Shown here one piece after another: positions 19,652-29,503 of a DNA stretch of 64,000 nucleotides (the stretch's first letter is position 1; each line of letters starts with the position of its first letter). The position numbers were made by a program, and so were the translations under genes. Origin of the DNA: Mycoplasma sp. CAG:956 (GTDB lineage: Bacteria > Bacillota_I > Bacilli_A > RF39 > UBA660); NCBI GenBank assembly GCA_000433475.1, contig HF993102.1:23806-87805 (forward strand), in the 5' to 3' direction. Below the pieces are notes generated by a model. That model saw only the letters and a program-made list of their open reading frames with translations. It was not told where the DNA came from and made no database searches.

Positions 19652-21028
19652 ATGAATAAAAAAATATTTCGCGAATATGATATTCGTGGTATCTATCCAG
19701 TTGAAATAGATGAAAAAACAGCATATATCATTGGCAAGAGTTACGGTTCTATCTTACAAACAAAGTATAATAAGCATATTTGTACGGTGGGTTATGATAA
19801 TCGTTTGTCTTCGCCTAGCCTTCATAAATCTATGGTTCAAGGGCTTATTGATACTGGACTTGATATCATTGATTTGGGACTTGTAACAACACCGATGTTA
19901 TATTATGCCTCAATTAAGTGTAATACTTTAGGTATTATGATAACGGCTTCCCATAATCCTAAGGATGATAATGGCTTTAAATTTAGCTTTGATAAATTAG
20001 GAAATGCTCGTGGTAAGCAAATATATGATTTTAGAGATTTTACTTTGAAAGATGATTTTTTAAGTGGAAATGGTAATATTTATCACTTAGATATCTTGCC
20101 TTACTATAAGAGCCTATTTAAAGATAATATTTTTATGGGAGATAAAAAATTAAAAATAGTACTAGATCCAGGTAATGGCACTACTGCTAATTTTGCTTAT
20201 GATATTTATAATCAATTCAGTAATTTAGATATAACCATGATTAACGGTAAAAGTGATGGTACATTTCCTAATCATCACCCCGATCCTGCAGTACCCGAAA
20301 ATTTAAAACAATTGCAGGCTAAAGTTTTAGAACTAGGAGCAGATGTTGGCATTGCCTTTGATGGTGATGGTGACCGTGTTGGCTTTGTTGATGATAGTGG
20401 TAATATTGTACCTGCTGATAAATTTTTGTGTATTTTAATGCGTTATTATTTACCAAATTATCAAGATAAACGAGTTTTATATGATGTAAAATGTTCTAAA
20501 ATAATTAATGATACAGCAAAAAGGCTTGGTATTGAAGATATTATGTTCCGTACAGGGGCATCATATACAAGAAGTGAAGTTGTAAGAAAGCATATTCCAT
20601 TTGGTGGTGAATACTCAGGACATATAATTTTTAATGACCGTTTTAAAGGTTTTGATTCAGGAATTTATGCTGGGCTTCGTATGTTGGAAGTATTGTCAAA
20701 TAGTAATATAGCTTTATCTCATCAACTTGATGACATTACTAAATATTATAATACACCAGAAATTAAGATACCAACACCCGATGAAATTAAATTTCAAGTA
20801 ATTGATAAGGTTATAGAATATGCTAAGAATAAAAATTATAACTGTCTTACTATTGATGGACTAAGAGTCAATAATGATGAATCTTGGGCATTAGTACGTG
20901 CTAGTAATACTGGACCTAATATCACTTTAAGATTTGAAGCTACAACTGAGGATGAATTAAATAATTTAAAAGATGAATTTACTAAATTAGTAGAAAAATA
21001 TAAAAAGGACTTAAGTACAAACATTTAA
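19652..21028 (+). CDS. Phosphomannomutase/phosphoglucomutase (alpha-D-phosphohexomutase family)
   Basis: 'FREYDIRG', active-site 'TASHNP', Mg loop 'FDGDGDRVG', 'GGEYSGH'. Confidence 0.85.
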   Translation: MNKKIFREYDIRGIYPVEIDEKTAYIIGKSYGSILQTKYNKHICTVGYDNRLSSPSLHKSMVQGLIDTGLDIIDLGLVTTPMLYYASIKCNTLGIMITASHNPKDDNGFKFSFDKLGNARGKQIYDFRDFTLKDDFLSGNGNIYHLDILPYYKSLFKDNIFMGDKKLKIVLDPGNGTTANFAYDIYNQFSNLDITMINGKSDGTFPNHHPDPAVPENLKQLQAKVLELGADVGIAFDGDGDRVGFVDDSGNIVPADKFLCILMRYYLPNYQDKRVLYDVKCSKIINDTAKRLGIEDIMFRTGASYTRSEVVRKHIPFGGEYSGHIIFNDRFKGFDSGIYAGLRMLEVLSNSNIALSHQLDDITKYYNTPEIKIPTPDEIKFQVIDKVIEYAKNKNYNCLTIDGLRVNNDESWALVRASNTGPNITLRFEATTEDELNNLKDEFTKLVEKYKKDLSTNI

Positions 21029-21038
21029 GTCCTTTTTT
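21007..21038. terminator. rho-independent terminator after pgm/pmm (may also serve convergent priA)
   Basis: GGACTTAA-loop-TTAAGTCC followed by T6. Confidence 0.55.
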
Positions 21039-21090
21039 AATATTTTTGATTTTAATAAATTTTACTTAAAATAGTTAGCAAGTTTTTTTA

Positions 21091-23268
21091 TTATATTTTT
21101 AAAGGATTAATATCAATATCCAAGTTAATATTTCTATTATTAGCGTACATTTCATCTAAATATTTTAAAACAGAGAAAAGATTTTTATCATAGGTATATT
21201 TAATTATCACTTGATAACGATATAGATTACTAATTTTACCAATACTAGCCATATTAGGTCCATAAACCTTTGTATTTTTATTGACATTTTTATTAATATA
21301 ATTAAAGACATTATTACTTTCTTTAATGACTGAATTAACATCTCGACCGGTAATTAAAATATTTATTAAGAAACAATAAGGTGGGTATAGAGTATTTTTA
21401 CGAAAATTCATCTCGTATTTATAAAATCCTTTATAGTCATTATTTTTAACAAAATTAATATAGGGATTATCAGGATTATAGGTTTGAATGACTACTTCCC
21501 CATTACTAGTTTTTCTGCCAGCTCTGCCTGATACTTGACTTAAAAGTTCATAAGTAACTTCCCCACTTCGAAAATCAGGGATATTAAGGCTCGTATCAGC
21601 ATTAATAATACCAACTAGAGTCACCTTAGGGAAATCAAGACCTTTACTAATCATTTGGGTACCGACCATAATATCATAGTTTCCATTTGCAAAATCATTA
21701 ATTAGGTTAGCATAAGAACCTTTTTTGGCTGTTGTATCAACATCCATCCTAGTGATTCTAATGCTTGGAAACATTTTTTTTAGTTCTAATTCGAGCTTTT
21801 CAGTTCCAAGTCCCATAAAATTTAGAGAGTAGCCACCACAGCTTGGACAAGTATCACTTTTTATTTTAGTATAACCACAATAATGACAACGCAAGCTATT
21901 ACTACTTTTATGATAGGTTAAAGTTATATCACAATGAGGACACTTATAAACAAACCCACAAGCCGAACATGTAACTGTTGTTGAATAACCTCTGCGGTTT
22001 AAAAGAAGCATTGTTTGTTCACCATTATTAAGTCTTTCCAGGATTTTTGCCTCTAATAGACTACTAATAATAGGATGACGATTTTTAATTTCTTCTTTCA
22101 TGTCAACTAAAGAAATTTTAGGTAAGACGGATAAACCTATTCTTTTGGTAAGCTTAAGTAATTTATAAGTACCATTTACAGCTTGAGTCATATCTTCTAA
22201 TTTTGGGGTTGCACTACCTAAAATGACAGGACAGTTATTATATTTGCCACGCCATTTGGCTATATCAATCGCATTATACTTAGGAGTATTTTCTTGCTTA
22301 TAAGTGCTACTATGTTCTTCATCTAAGATAATCAAGCCAATATTTTTTAACGGTGTAAATATGGCACTTCTTGTTCCAACAACGATACTTACCTTACCAC
22401 TATAAATTTTTTGATATTCATCATATTTTTCACCGTTTGAAAGCCCACTATGAAATATAGCTACTTTAGAACCAAATCTTTTATAAATACGTTCTATCAT
22501 CTGAGTTGTTAAAGATATTTCTGGTACTAAAAGAAGTGATGATTTGCCTTTAAGACTTGCTTTTTCAATTAAATTCATATAAACTTCTGTCTTACCAGAA
22601 CCAGTTATGCCATATAAAAGATAGACTAAAAATTGATCCATATCAACACTTGTTACGGCTTTTTCTTGTTCTAAAGACATCTTGGGTTTAATTTCTAATT
22701 TAGTATTATCATAATTAAGACGATAAACTTGCTTTTTTACTTCTTTAACTAAATTTTTATTTACTAAAGTTTTAATAGTACCACTATTTTCTTTATTCTT
22801 TTCTATAGAACTACCATTTAAAAGGCTAGTTAATATTGCTATTTGTTTAGGATATTTAATATTTTTTAGATAATTTTCGATTTCTAAAGGACTTTTATTT
22901 AATTCTATATAAATCTTATATTTGCTATAATTATGATTTTTTTCTATTTTTAAACTACTGGGTAACATCGTATTAAAAGCACTTATTAAACTACATAAAG
23001 TTATAGATTTTAGATATTTACCTAGTTGTAATAATTCATTATTTAAGATGAAATTTTCTAGAACAATACTATCTATTTCTTTTAAAGTATAAGTACTAGC
23101 AAAATTATCATATATTTTTAAAACGAAACCATTTATTAATTTTTTATTAAAAGGCACTCTTACTTGCATACCTACTTTTATTTTATTTTCTAAAGTTTTA
23201 GGTATTAAATAAGTAAATGTTTTATCGATTGTTTTGTTATTATATTCAATTAGTATTTCTGCGTACAT
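21091..23268 (-). CDS. priA: Primosomal protein N' (replication restart helicase PriA)
   Basis: Walker A 'GITGSGKTEVY', DEEH box, Cys-rich zinc-binding insert 'CSACGFVYKCPHCD...CHYCGY...CPSCGG'. Confidence 0.9.
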   Translation of the reverse strand: MYAEILIEYNNKTIDKTFTYLIPKTLENKIKVGMQVRVPFNKKLINGFVLKIYDNFASTYTLKEIDSIVLENFILNNELLQLGKYLKSITLCSLISAFNTMLPSSLKIEKNHNYSKYKIYIELNKSPLEIENYLKNIKYPKQIAILTSLLNGSSIEKNKENSGTIKTLVNKNLVKEVKKQVYRLNYDNTKLEIKPKMSLEQEKAVTSVDMDQFLVYLLYGITGSGKTEVYMNLIEKASLKGKSSLLLVPEISLTTQMIERIYKRFGSKVAIFHSGLSNGEKYDEYQKIYSGKVSIVVGTRSAIFTPLKNIGLIILDEEHSSTYKQENTPKYNAIDIAKWRGKYNNCPVILGSATPKLEDMTQAVNGTYKLLKLTKRIGLSVLPKISLVDMKEEIKNRHPIISSLLEAKILERLNNGEQTMLLLNRRGYSTTVTCSACGFVYKCPHCDITLTYHKSSNSLRCHYCGYTKIKSDTCPSCGGYSLNFMGLGTEKLELELKKMFPSIRITRMDVDTTAKKGSYANLINDFANGNYDIMVGTQMISKGLDFPKVTLVGIINADTSLNIPDFRSGEVTYELLSQVSGRAGRKTSNGEVVIQTYNPDNPYINFVKNNDYKGFYKYEMNFRKNTLYPPYCFLINILITGRDVNSVIKESNNVFNYINKNVNKNTKVYGPNMASIGKISNLYRYQVIIKYTYDKNLFSVLKYLDEMYANNRNINLDIDINPLKI

Positions 23269-23429
23269 GTAGTTCCTTTCTTAGTTAATACCTATTTTTT
23301 ATTTAGAAATTAAAATTATTATTAAAAAAATACTAGACTGTTTTTAATTGCTTCAACTTGGTACAATTATAACTCAAAATCCTAGTTTTTACCATAATTA
23401 CCTCAAATATTTTAAGACTATTTATTTCT

Positions 23430-23490
23430 CTAATTATATATATTGGTAACTTAAAACTATTTTCCTTCAAAAATTAAAAAAAATATGTTC
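23430..23490. repeat. Copy 1 of a duplicated ~55-nt element (22 nt identical to 55245..55266)
   Basis: 'ctaattatatatattggtaact' is identical at both loci, followed by similar 'tttcctt...aaaaaaaa' sequence. Lies upstream of priA. Confidence 0.5.
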
Positions 23491-23493
23491 AAT

Positions 23494-24645
23494 CTAGAAC
23501 ACATCTTTATTAAACCAATCATATTTATTTGCTAAGAATCGGTAAAGGACTTTAAATAAACTTAATATTGGTGTTGCAAGAATCATTCCCACAATCCCAA
23601 AGAAATGTCCAAATACTAATAAGCCAATAATAATTGTTACTGGGTGTAGTTGCATAGTCTTACTCATAACAACTGGTTGTAAAACATAATTTTCAACTAA
23701 CTGCACAATGGTTGCAACAATTAAAGTTATAATACCAATAATTGGATTTTGGGAAAAACCAACGATGACGGCAGCAGCACCACCAATATATGGACCTATG
23801 TAAGGAATTAAATCAGTAATTCCACAAAGGAGTCCAAATAAGATTGGTGATTTTAAGCCAGCAAAGGCAAAACCAATTGAATCACAGACAAAAACCATGA
23901 AGGCCACTAGTAAAGTACCATTAACGCATTTTCTTAATTCGTTAGCAATATTATCAACCAAATTTTTAGTTTCTTCTTTGTGATTCTTAGGTATATATTT
24001 AAGTAAATGGTCAGTTACATCATTAAAATCGAATAATAAGTAAATACCAACTACTAAAGATACACCTATTGTTCCCAAACCACTAACTAAAGAACCAGCA
24101 ATACTTACAATCGTTGAAGGCAAGTCATTAGCAATACCGCCACCTAAATTTTCCATTGTCTTAAAAATATTACTTTCAATCTCAGCTACATTAAACATTT
24201 CACTACTATTAAATTTATCTAAAAAATTAGTAATCCATAATTTAACTTGATTAAATATATTAGGTAAGGCTGCTACTAAATCATTTAACTGATTATAAAG
24301 AGTTGGAATTAGCATGCCAAAGAAAGCAAATAAAATAATAATAAAAGCTAAATAAACTGTTACACAAGCAATTCCTCGTTTCCAACCACGGTTTTCTAAT
24401 TTTACAACAATAGGATTAAATAGCCAAGCTAACACGAAGCCAATAAAAAATGGGTTTGCTACTTTTAAAAGAGTTACGATTAAATTTAAAATCCCCCACT
24501 CTTTAATAATTAAAGTAGCTAAGAAAATGATACCAATTATCATCATTATATAAACTAGATGTAATATTTTTTTTGAAAGTCCTACGACTTCATTTACGTC
24601 ACGAACATTTATTTTACCATTTTTCTTTTCTTTATCTTTATCCAC
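23494..24645 (-). CDS. AI-2E family transporter (PerM/YtvI-like permease)
   Basis: Eight or so TM helices. Conserved 'LNPFFIGFVLAWLFNPIV' and 'GLLVFGHFFGIVGMILATP' patterns of the AI-2E family. Confidence 0.7.
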   Translation of the reverse strand: MDKDKEKKNGKINVRDVNEVVGLSKKILHLVYIMMIIGIIFLATLIIKEWGILNLIVTLLKVANPFFIGFVLAWLFNPIVVKLENRGWKRGIACVTVYLAFIIILFAFFGMLIPTLYNQLNDLVAALPNIFNQVKLWITNFLDKFNSSEMFNVAEIESNIFKTMENLGGGIANDLPSTIVSIAGSLVSGLGTIGVSLVVGIYLLFDFNDVTDHLLKYIPKNHKEETKNLVDNIANELRKCVNGTLLVAFMVFVCDSIGFAFAGLKSPILFGLLCGITDLIPYIGPYIGGAAAVIVGFSQNPIIGIITLIVATIVQLVENYVLQPVVMSKTMQLHPVTIIIGLLVFGHFFGIVGMILATPILSLFKVLYRFLANKYDWFNKDVF

Positions 24646-24714
24646 TGTTATCCCTCCTTTAAATATATTCTAAATATACCATAATTATTGAAAAAAGAAC
24701 ATACTTTTCGTATG

Positions 24715-24846
24715 TTAAAGTAAGTCTACTTCATCTAATATCTCATTAAATAAAGCTTCATATTTTAATTTAGTTATTTTTTCATAAGCCATGATTGAAG
24801 CAATGGTTAAACCTACTCCTAAGGATATATTCCAAATTTTTTTCAT
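24715..24846 (-). CDS. Unannotated small membrane peptide (43 aa)
   Basis: My own translation, below the track size cutoff: MKKIWNISLGVGLTIASIMAYEKITKLKYEALFNEILDEVDLL. RBS AAAGGAA about 7 nt upstream. Confidence 0.25.
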   Translation of the reverse strand: MKKIWNISLGVGLTIASIMAYEKITKLKYEALFNEILDEVDLL

Positions 24847-24907
24847 ACCAATTCCTTTCTAAAATTAGTATGAATATAAATTATTTTTTTATACTGTTAT
24901 TATTATA

Positions 24908-27097
24908 TTAAATATAAGAAAGCAATTGTTCTTTTAGAGAAGTCTTTCTGTTCATACTGTAATCATTATTAACAGCCATTAAGAAAGACTGGACTTCACC
25001 AATTAAAACAAGGCTTTTCTTGGCTCTTGATACACCAGTATAAATAAGCTTGTTATATAACATTTTATAATAGTTTTTTACAACGGGCATTATAACGTTA
25101 ATAAACTCACTTCCTTGGGCTTTATGAATAGATATAGCATAAGCTAGTTTTACATTTAACATTTCGGCAGTTGTTAAAGTTACTAAGTTACCATCAAAAT
25201 CAATATTGATATTTAAAGCTTTCGAGTTATCATAGATAATATCATCAATATAACCGATATCCCCATTATATATACCTTTATCAGGGTCATTTACTAGTTG
25301 TAAAACCTTATCACCTACTCGAAAAATATTTTCACCTACTCTGATTTCTTTTTTCTTTTTATTCTTAGGATTAAATAAATCACGTAAATTATTATTTAAA
25401 TTATCTATACCATTAATTCCTTTATACATAGGGGCTAAAATTTGAATATCTCTATCAGTGAGACCTTTATTAATAGATAATTCACAAACTTTTTTAATGC
25501 TTTCAACCATATTATCACTATTTACTTGTAGAAAATTGTAGTCATCTTTTTTACTTAAGAACTCTTCACCAATATTCTTATTTTTTATTTCTTTGGCTAA
25601 ATAAGGAATGAAAGAATTTTCACTTTGGCGATATATTTTTTCTAAAGGACAAAAATTAAATAGGTCTGAGGCAATTAAGTCACCTAGGACAAGACCACAA
25701 CCAACTGATGGTAATTGGTCTTTATCACCAACTAAAATTAACTGAATATTATTAGTTAATCCTTTTAAAAGAGCATCAAAAAGATTAGTATCTATCATAC
25801 TTACTTCATCAATAATAATTAAGTGATGATAATTTTTATTTAGTTCATTAACTTGAAATTCATTAGTATCTTTATTCCATTTTAAATATTTATGAATAGT
25901 AGAAGCTCCAAGTCCAGTTGCTTCACTAAGTCTTTTAGCAGCCCTGCCAGTGGGTGCTAAGAGGGCAATATAAGCATCAACATTATTAGGTCCTAAGTTA
26001 TACATTTTCATATAAAGACTAGTTATAGCTTTAATAATAGTGGTTTTACCTGTACCGGGTCCGCCAGTAATAATACTAATCCGACTTTCTAAAGTTTTTT
26101 TAATCGCCGCTAATTGGTTGATATCATAAGTTACATCTAATTTTTCTTGGAGTTTTACTACTTCAGTATCAAACATGCTAATGTTTTTATTAACAATAGG
26201 CATATTATTAATATGGTTTAAAGTCTTTGCTATATCAACTTCCATTTTATAAGTAGTATATAAGTATATTCTTTTATCTTTAATATAAATATCGTTATTA
26301 TTTTGTAAGTCTAAAAGTATATTATCAAAATTTTCATCTGGTAAGATACCAAAATAACTTCTTAAACCGTCTTTTAATTCTTCATCGTAAAAATAAGTAT
26401 CACCATTTTTAATTTCTAATTCTTTTATTGTTTCTAAAAGACAGTTTTTAGTTCTTAAATAAATATCAGGACTACCAAGATTCATATAAACATTATCAAG
26501 TTTTTTAAAATCAATTATTTCTTTTAGAGCATAAGGATTAGATTTAGTAATACTAACGGCATTGGCACCAAACTTATTAATAATATTTAAAGCTTCTTGA
26601 ATCGAAAAACCTAATTCTTTTAAGTTTATTAACATTTCATCAGTATTAGCGATTTTCATTAAAGAACTATAGATTTTTTCAGCTTTTTTCTGAGTCATCT
26701 TGGGAACTGTAAGCAATATTTCAGGATTTTCTTTGATTTTCTTTAAACAGTCTTCACCTAAAGTATCAACGATTAAAGTAGCAGTTGCCTCACCACACCC
26801 CTTAACTAAATCGCTAGTTAAAAATTCTATTACCGCATCTCTTCCTTTAACTTCTACTCTTTTATAATCAGTCACATTATATTGATAACCATACTTATCT
26901 TTATAAACTAGGGTACCTTCCATTTCGTAGTTATCCCCAATTTGGAGATTAGCAAAATAACCAGTAAAATGAACATTTCTACCAACGAAGCCTTCCATTT
27001 CAGTATCGTTAGTTTCTTTTACTCTTATCTCACCTACTTTATAGTTACTATCTGACTCATAGATAATTACTCTGATTTTTCCTTTAATACTGCCCAC
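24908..27097 (-). CDS. recD2: RecD2-type ATP-dependent DNA helicase (SF1, RecD/TraA family)
   Basis: Walker A 'ITGGPGTGKTT', Walker B 'LIIIDEVSM', C-terminal SH3-like domain. Size 729 aa. Confidence 0.85.
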   Translation of the reverse strand: MGSIKGKIRVIIYESDSNYKVGEIRVKETNDTEMEGFVGRNVHFTGYFANLQIGDNYEMEGTLVYKDKYGYQYNVTDYKRVEVKGRDAVIEFLTSDLVKGCGEATATLIVDTLGEDCLKKIKENPEILLTVPKMTQKKAEKIYSSLMKIANTDEMLINLKELGFSIQEALNIINKFGANAVSITKSNPYALKEIIDFKKLDNVYMNLGSPDIYLRTKNCLLETIKELEIKNGDTYFYDEELKDGLRSYFGILPDENFDNILLDLQNNNDIYIKDKRIYLYTTYKMEVDIAKTLNHINNMPIVNKNISMFDTEVVKLQEKLDVTYDINQLAAIKKTLESRISIITGGPGTGKTTIIKAITSLYMKMYNLGPNNVDAYIALLAPTGRAAKRLSEATGLGASTIHKYLKWNKDTNEFQVNELNKNYHHLIIIDEVSMIDTNLFDALLKGLTNNIQLILVGDKDQLPSVGCGLVLGDLIASDLFNFCPLEKIYRQSENSFIPYLAKEIKNKNIGEEFLSKKDDYNFLQVNSDNMVESIKKVCELSINKGLTDRDIQILAPMYKGINGIDNLNNNLRDLFNPKNKKKKEIRVGENIFRVGDKVLQLVNDPDKGIYNGDIGYIDDIIYDNSKALNINIDFDGNLVTLTTAEMLNVKLAYAISIHKAQGSEFINVIMPVVKNYYKMLYNKLIYTGVSRAKKSLVLIGEVQSFLMAVNNDYSMNRKTSLKEQLLSYI

Positions 27098-27204
27098 ACT
27101 ATCACCTGTTTTCCTATTATAAGTTAATTAATAATTTTAGTAAATATGGAAAAGTTAAATCATTGAAGAATTTTCTTACTTAATTTAACTTTTAATTACT
27201 TAGT

Positions 27205-28122
27205 TTACTTTGTTAAACTTCTTTTTACTTCTATTTCTTGTTTACCTAATAATGATAATTTATTATCAATAAATGTTAGATTTTCTAAATCAATATAACT
27301 AATATAACCACTATCAAAGCCCATTTGCATATTTAAAAATGATGGAATAACTCCTTTAGTACTTGGCACATAATTAGATAAAGCTGGAATATATATTAAA
27401 ATATTATCATTTACTATTTTTACTTTATATTGATGAGAATGTCCCACTAAAACCACTTTTTTCATTGGAGTATTATTACAATCACAACTTAGAGGATGAT
27501 ACATATTTATAAAGTCATTTTTGACTAGAATACGACCATTTTCTATACCAGCTATGGCAAAATCAGGACGATAATTTTCTAAGATACGAGCGAAATTAAC
27601 TCCATCTTTATTTAAACCTTTAATATCATGATTACCTAAAACGCAAATATTTAAAATACCTTCTTCAAAGGGATGATTTTCGATGAAATATTCACACTGA
27701 CTAAGATGGGTTCTACAAATATTTTTTCTTTCACTAGTTAGACCATTTATTAAATCGCCACCATTAATAATAATATGAATACCATTTTTAATGGCATAAT
27801 CATAAACTAAGTTAAGTAAATCTAGTCTTTCTTCTTTAGTACCTAAATGTAAATCCGATATTAAAAGGGCATTTATTTCTTCTTTATTTTTCGTAAGTAA
27901 ATTTATACTATCACTAACATTTTTACCATATAAATCTTTATTTGGTGTATATAAAGTACCACCATTTAATAAGTATCTTTTATTATATTCAATACCTTTA
28001 TTTTTTAAATTTAATAATATATTTCGTAAGTCAATACTACTTATTTTTAACTTTTGACATATTTCAATACTACTTTTTCCTTGTTTAATTAACTCTACTA
28101 TTCTTTTTTCTAAACTACTCAT
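27205..28122 (-). CDS. HTH domain fused to a calcineurin-like metallophosphoesterase
   Basis: N-terminal 'KQGKSSIEICQKLKISSIDLRNIL' HTH. 'DLHLG', 'GGDLINGL', 'GNHD' and 'GHSHQ' phosphoesterase motifs. Confidence 0.6.
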   Translation of the reverse strand: MSSLEKRIVELIKQGKSSIEICQKLKISSIDLRNILLNLKNKGIEYNKRYLLNGGTLYTPNKDLYGKNVSDSINLLTKNKEEINALLISDLHLGTKEERLDLLNLVYDYAIKNGIHIIINGGDLINGLTSERKNICRTHLSQCEYFIENHPFEEGILNICVLGNHDIKGLNKDGVNFARILENYRPDFAIAGIENGRILVKNDFINMYHPLSCDCNNTPMKKVVLVGHSHQYKVKIVNDNILIYIPALSNYVPSTKGVIPSFLNMQMGFDSGYISYIDLENLTFIDNKLSLLGKQEIEVKRSLTK

Positions 28123-28277
28123 ATATAAATTCTCCCTTATTATTATGACATAGTTTTAAGAATTATTCTATTGATAATGAGTTATTTATAAATTATTTTA
28201 CTTATTTAGTCTTACTTTTCCAACCACACCACCCTATAGGGATAAGTAAAAAAACTCAGGAGATAATCCCAAGTTTG

Positions 28278-29390
28278 TTATTTACTTTCTTTTGTTAATT
28301 TTAATTTTGGACCTTTATTGTCTTTTGATGTTTCTTCTTTAATAAAATCATCAAAAGCATTTTTTTGTAATAATGTAGCAAAAATATCATAATCTGCTGA
28401 CTCCATTAGAGATTTCATATAAAAACGGCTAGCTAGATAATTTAAATATTCATCGCTATTATCATATTTTTTGCACATAGGATTAGCCATGTATAATAAA
28501 TGACTACGATTGGCAATTCCCATTAAATTAGCCTCTACAAATCTTAAAACTTTAAATGTACTTTCAGGACCATAAGTATTGGCTTTAACGAGAGCAATAT
28601 TATTTGCTAACTTTTGATATTCATCAGTAAATTTTAAAACAGGAAATGTCTCTTCGTTTAAAACTTTAGCAAAAGTATTTATTAGATAATTTGCATAAGA
28701 TACATCTAAAGCACTCATTTGTTTAATAAATTCTAATATATTTCTATAATCTTCAGTTATTAAACAATTTGTTCTGCCAATAAAACGCATATAATTTTCA
28801 ACTTTATCATAATATTCATGTAAAGCCTTACGCATCCTGATAATAATCTTATTTGAACGATTAGCCATTGGTTTGGTATAAGCACTTATTTCTTTCAATA
28901 TATCTTGGATTAATTTAGCGTTTTTCATTATTTTAGCAAAGGCTTCAGCCTCTAAATCATTTAATTTACACGTACCATAACGGGAATGTGCAAAATCACT
29001 TGCATACTGATATCTATTATATTTTTGACGTTCATACTCTCTTTGCTGATCATAATAATATTTCCAATTATAATCATTGTAATTGTTATAGTTATTGTTA
29101 TTGTTATAGTTATTATACTTATCATAATAATTATTGTAACCGTTATAGTTATTAGATTTATCATAAGTATAAGATTTACTTTGATTAGCATCCTTAGAAG
29201 TCTCACTCTTAGCTTTTTGGAAAGCCAAGTCATATGCTTCATTAATTTGTTTCATCTTAGCCTCATAAAATTCTCTTTCGGCATCTGAATGTAAATCGGG
29301 ATGGTTTTGCTTAGCAAGTTTTCGATAAGCCTCTTTTATTTCTTTTTCAGAGGCATTTACAGGAATGCCCAATATTGTATATGGATTCAT
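28278..29390 (-). CDS. J-domain (DnaJ-like) protein with a long Asn/Tyr-rich low-complexity tract and a C-terminal unknown domain
   Basis: '[33 protein letters not shown]' with HPD. The N/Y tract accounts for the two overlapping low-complexity ORFs reported in both strands. Confidence 0.7.
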   Translation of the reverse strand: MNPYTILGIPVNASEKEIKEAYRKLAKQNHPDLHSDAEREFYEAKMKQINEAYDLAFQKAKSETSKDANQSKSYTYDKSNNYNGYNNYYDKYNNYNNNNNYNNYNDYNWKYYYDQQREYERQKYNRYQYASDFAHSRYGTCKLNDLEAEAFAKIMKNAKLIQDILKEISAYTKPMANRSNKIIIRMRKALHEYYDKVENYMRFIGRTNCLITEDYRNILEFIKQMSALDVSYANYLINTFAKVLNEETFPVLKFTDEYQKLANNIALVKANTYGPESTFKVLRFVEANLMGIANRSHLLYMANPMCKKYDNSDEYLNYLASRFYMKSLMESADYDIFATLLQKNAFDDFIKEETSKDNKGPKLKLTKESK

Positions 29391-29503
29391 ATTAATCCCC
29401 CTTCTTGAGTTAGTATGTTATTATATTTTTTACTCCTTGTCAACCAAAAATTAATCAAAAGTAAAAAATTGTTACAGTTTTATACTTTCTGTAACAATTT
29501 TAA

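Noticed and set aside
19313-21024. ORFs 19313-19645 (+) and 20836-21024 (-).
   Set aside because: They are antisense to or overlapping the sigma-like and pgm genes, with no independent signals.
28961-29288. Two overlapping ORFs (93 aa minus, 100 aa plus) rich in I/T/V.
   Set aside because: Both lie inside the AAT/TAT-rich low-complexity tract of the J-domain gene. They are translation artefacts of the repeat on other frames and strands.
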